DNA from: Octopus bimaculoides
Taxonomy: Eukaryota
Length of the DNA: 37,402 nt
Assembly: GCF_001194135.2 (NCBI RefSeq)
Contig: NC_068999.1
Span: forward strand, 6,712,746 to 6,750,147
Direction: 5' to 3'
How positions within the stretch are numbered: position 1 is the stretch's first letter; each line of letters opens with the position of its first letter. Shown one piece after another: positions 35,774 to 37,402 of this stretch. The translations under genes were made by a program, and so were the position numbers. The notes under the pieces are model-generated. The model searched no databases. It saw only the letters and a list, made by a program, of their open reading frames with translations, and had not been told where the DNA came from.

Positions 35774-36594
35774 ACATACAACAGGCTTCTTTTAGTTTCT
35801 GTTGATCAAATCCACTCACAAAGTTTTGATAGGTCTGACACCAAAAAAGATATACAAACTGCCATATTTTTCTGTCCCATAGAAGAGAAACTTTATATCG
35901 CAGACACTGGTTAGGCCACATCGTGATGTAACTTTATATCACATACACGTGTCATTAAACTTCTGATAAACTTAAATATGTCAGTTTGTACACAAGTCAA
36001 TGCCCTTCTGTCGTATAAACATTCCTGAAAACAGTGTGTTCATCCTAAACAACAGGCCTCACTACATGAATTCAGGTCAACCTTGAAGTAAAGACCTCCC
36101 AAAATACCATCAATTTATTCCTCTAGTGCTAACATTCATAAAGTATTTTACCCACTTTATCTAACCCCTTAGGGAGTATAGGCCAATTCACAACCTTTCT
36201 CTACTCTTCATTGTCTCTTCTCTCAAGACTTGTTGGTTTTCAATCAGTGCACTTTTTCTAGGTAGGGGTGTTGTCTCTTTACAAACCCATTTTTACCTCT
36301 AGGCAGAGGTAAGTCCATATTAATCTGGCCTCTAGACTTTGGCCTGTCCAACATGTGAAGCCCTACAAGGAACACGCACTTTGCTAGCATAGCTGTGAGG
36401 ATCATCAAGGCATACAAGCCACTACACTGGACCATGTGGTGGATCACTAAAGGACACACCTCCCTATATATACTTCTCTAAATGTATTCACTCCATGCTT
36501 AAGTGTACTCCATCGTTAATGAACTCACTTCCTCCCTCAGGTACATACCTCCTTATATGTTTTCAATTCATCCTTAAAGTACAACAACGGACAA

Positions 36595-36770
36595 GTCCCT
36601 GAACTCATTAGGGATCACTGGGGCGCAGCAGCCATGCAGTGTATCTTGGGCAAGAAAGCCTGGCAGAGCCCATCCCTCTCCAGGCTAAACTCATTTCTAC
36701 AGCTGAGTGGACTGGAGCAACATGAAAATAAAGTGTTTTGCTCAAGAACACAATGGATCGCCCAGTCAGC
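36595..36770 (-). mobile_element. SINE family C fragment
   Basis: ctcatttctacagctgagtggactggagcaacatgaaaataaagtgttttgctcaagaacaca is the reverse complement of the family C body. Confidence 0.8.
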
Positions 36771-36937
36771 GCGCATTTTTGTTTCGTTTTTTTCATATTC
36801 GTTTTCTACATACCTGCTAACACCCACCAGGCTGGTTTATTTATTTATTAATTATTTTCTTTATTCAATCTATAAACTACACGCACTCACACACAACCAA
36901 CCTTCTCCAGAATGTTGGTATTGTACTAATGAGTTAC

Positions 36938-36941
36938 ACAT
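36938..36941 (-). CDS. SELENBP1: Candidate SELENBP1 start exon ATG T|GTAACT (tentative)
   Basis: Would give MSCCKGPGY. An exon ending ATG plus 1 nt is what the phase-1 acceptor at 33980 needs and matches the recalled human arrangement. Only one of several possibilities; the true exon may be outside the window. Confidence 0.15.
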
Positions 36942-37009
36942 GAGAGAATAATTAACTATATCGTTTACACGGCATGCCTACACAAGTGTGACGGCCAATG
37001 GACCTCACC

Positions 37010-37402
37010 AACGACTTTGGCTCCTGATAATTTTCAGAAAATCAAGTACCTTTTATGAAATTTTCTACAAATACATTTCAGATGGTGTCTTTTAGAATTA
37101 TATCCCAATTTAATATAGAAGAACATTGGTGGGCACATATGCAGGCATAACTACAGATTCCTGCTCCACCCCGACTTTGGCTGATCATAACTTTCAGAAA
37201 AATGGATATTTTTTAATGAAATTTTCTACGAATATGTGTTATATCATGTACATTCCGCTATACAAAACTTTTGGGGGAAATGCTTTAGGGGGGGGGGTGG
37301 AGAATTTCGGAAAATTCACCGGTTCCACTTCAATTCGTCTTAACTTTCAAGAAAATAGATATTTTTTAATGAAATTCTCTACAAATATACCCCGGTCTAT
37401 GT
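37010..37402. repeat. Three diverged copies of a 50-65 bp motif (actttc(a)agaaaa...ttttaatgaaattttctac) about 160-170 bp apart, probably transposon subterminal repeats
   Basis: Copies near 37011, 37171 and 37340; truncated by the window end. Confidence 0.5.

Overview
Eukaryotic, AT-rich genomic DNA with dense microsatellites and five N gaps. The repeat content suggests an octopus (inference, no search run). Three intron-containing genes were built by hand from splice sites and recalled homology. (1) CDK8/CDK19-type kinase: first coding exon, minus strand, 1766-1893; the rest lies to the left of it. (2) MCCC1, methylcrotonoyl-CoA carboxylase alpha: plus strand, 15 phase-consistent exons 7878-21173, head-to-head with CDK8; the presequence exon(s) are unresolved. 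(3) SELENBP1, methanethiol oxidase: minus strand, 10 exons 33980-21789, tail-to-tail with MCCC1 (stops 615 bp apart); the start exon is unresolved. Introns hold at least three tRNA-derived SINE families, hAT and piggyBac-type MITEs, a hAT transposase relic, an Ingi/Vingi-like LINE relic and several hairpins. Best leads: a 13-aa C-terminal extension of SELENBP1 ending in PTS1-like -HKL (possible peroxisomal enzyme), a shifted CSSC-to-CSSVC motif, a 100-bp-arm intronic hairpin, and a piggyBac MITE joined twice at its own internal TTAA. I found no evidence of a wholly new multi-gene system. Most supplied ORFs are microsatellite, SINE or N-gap artefacts.
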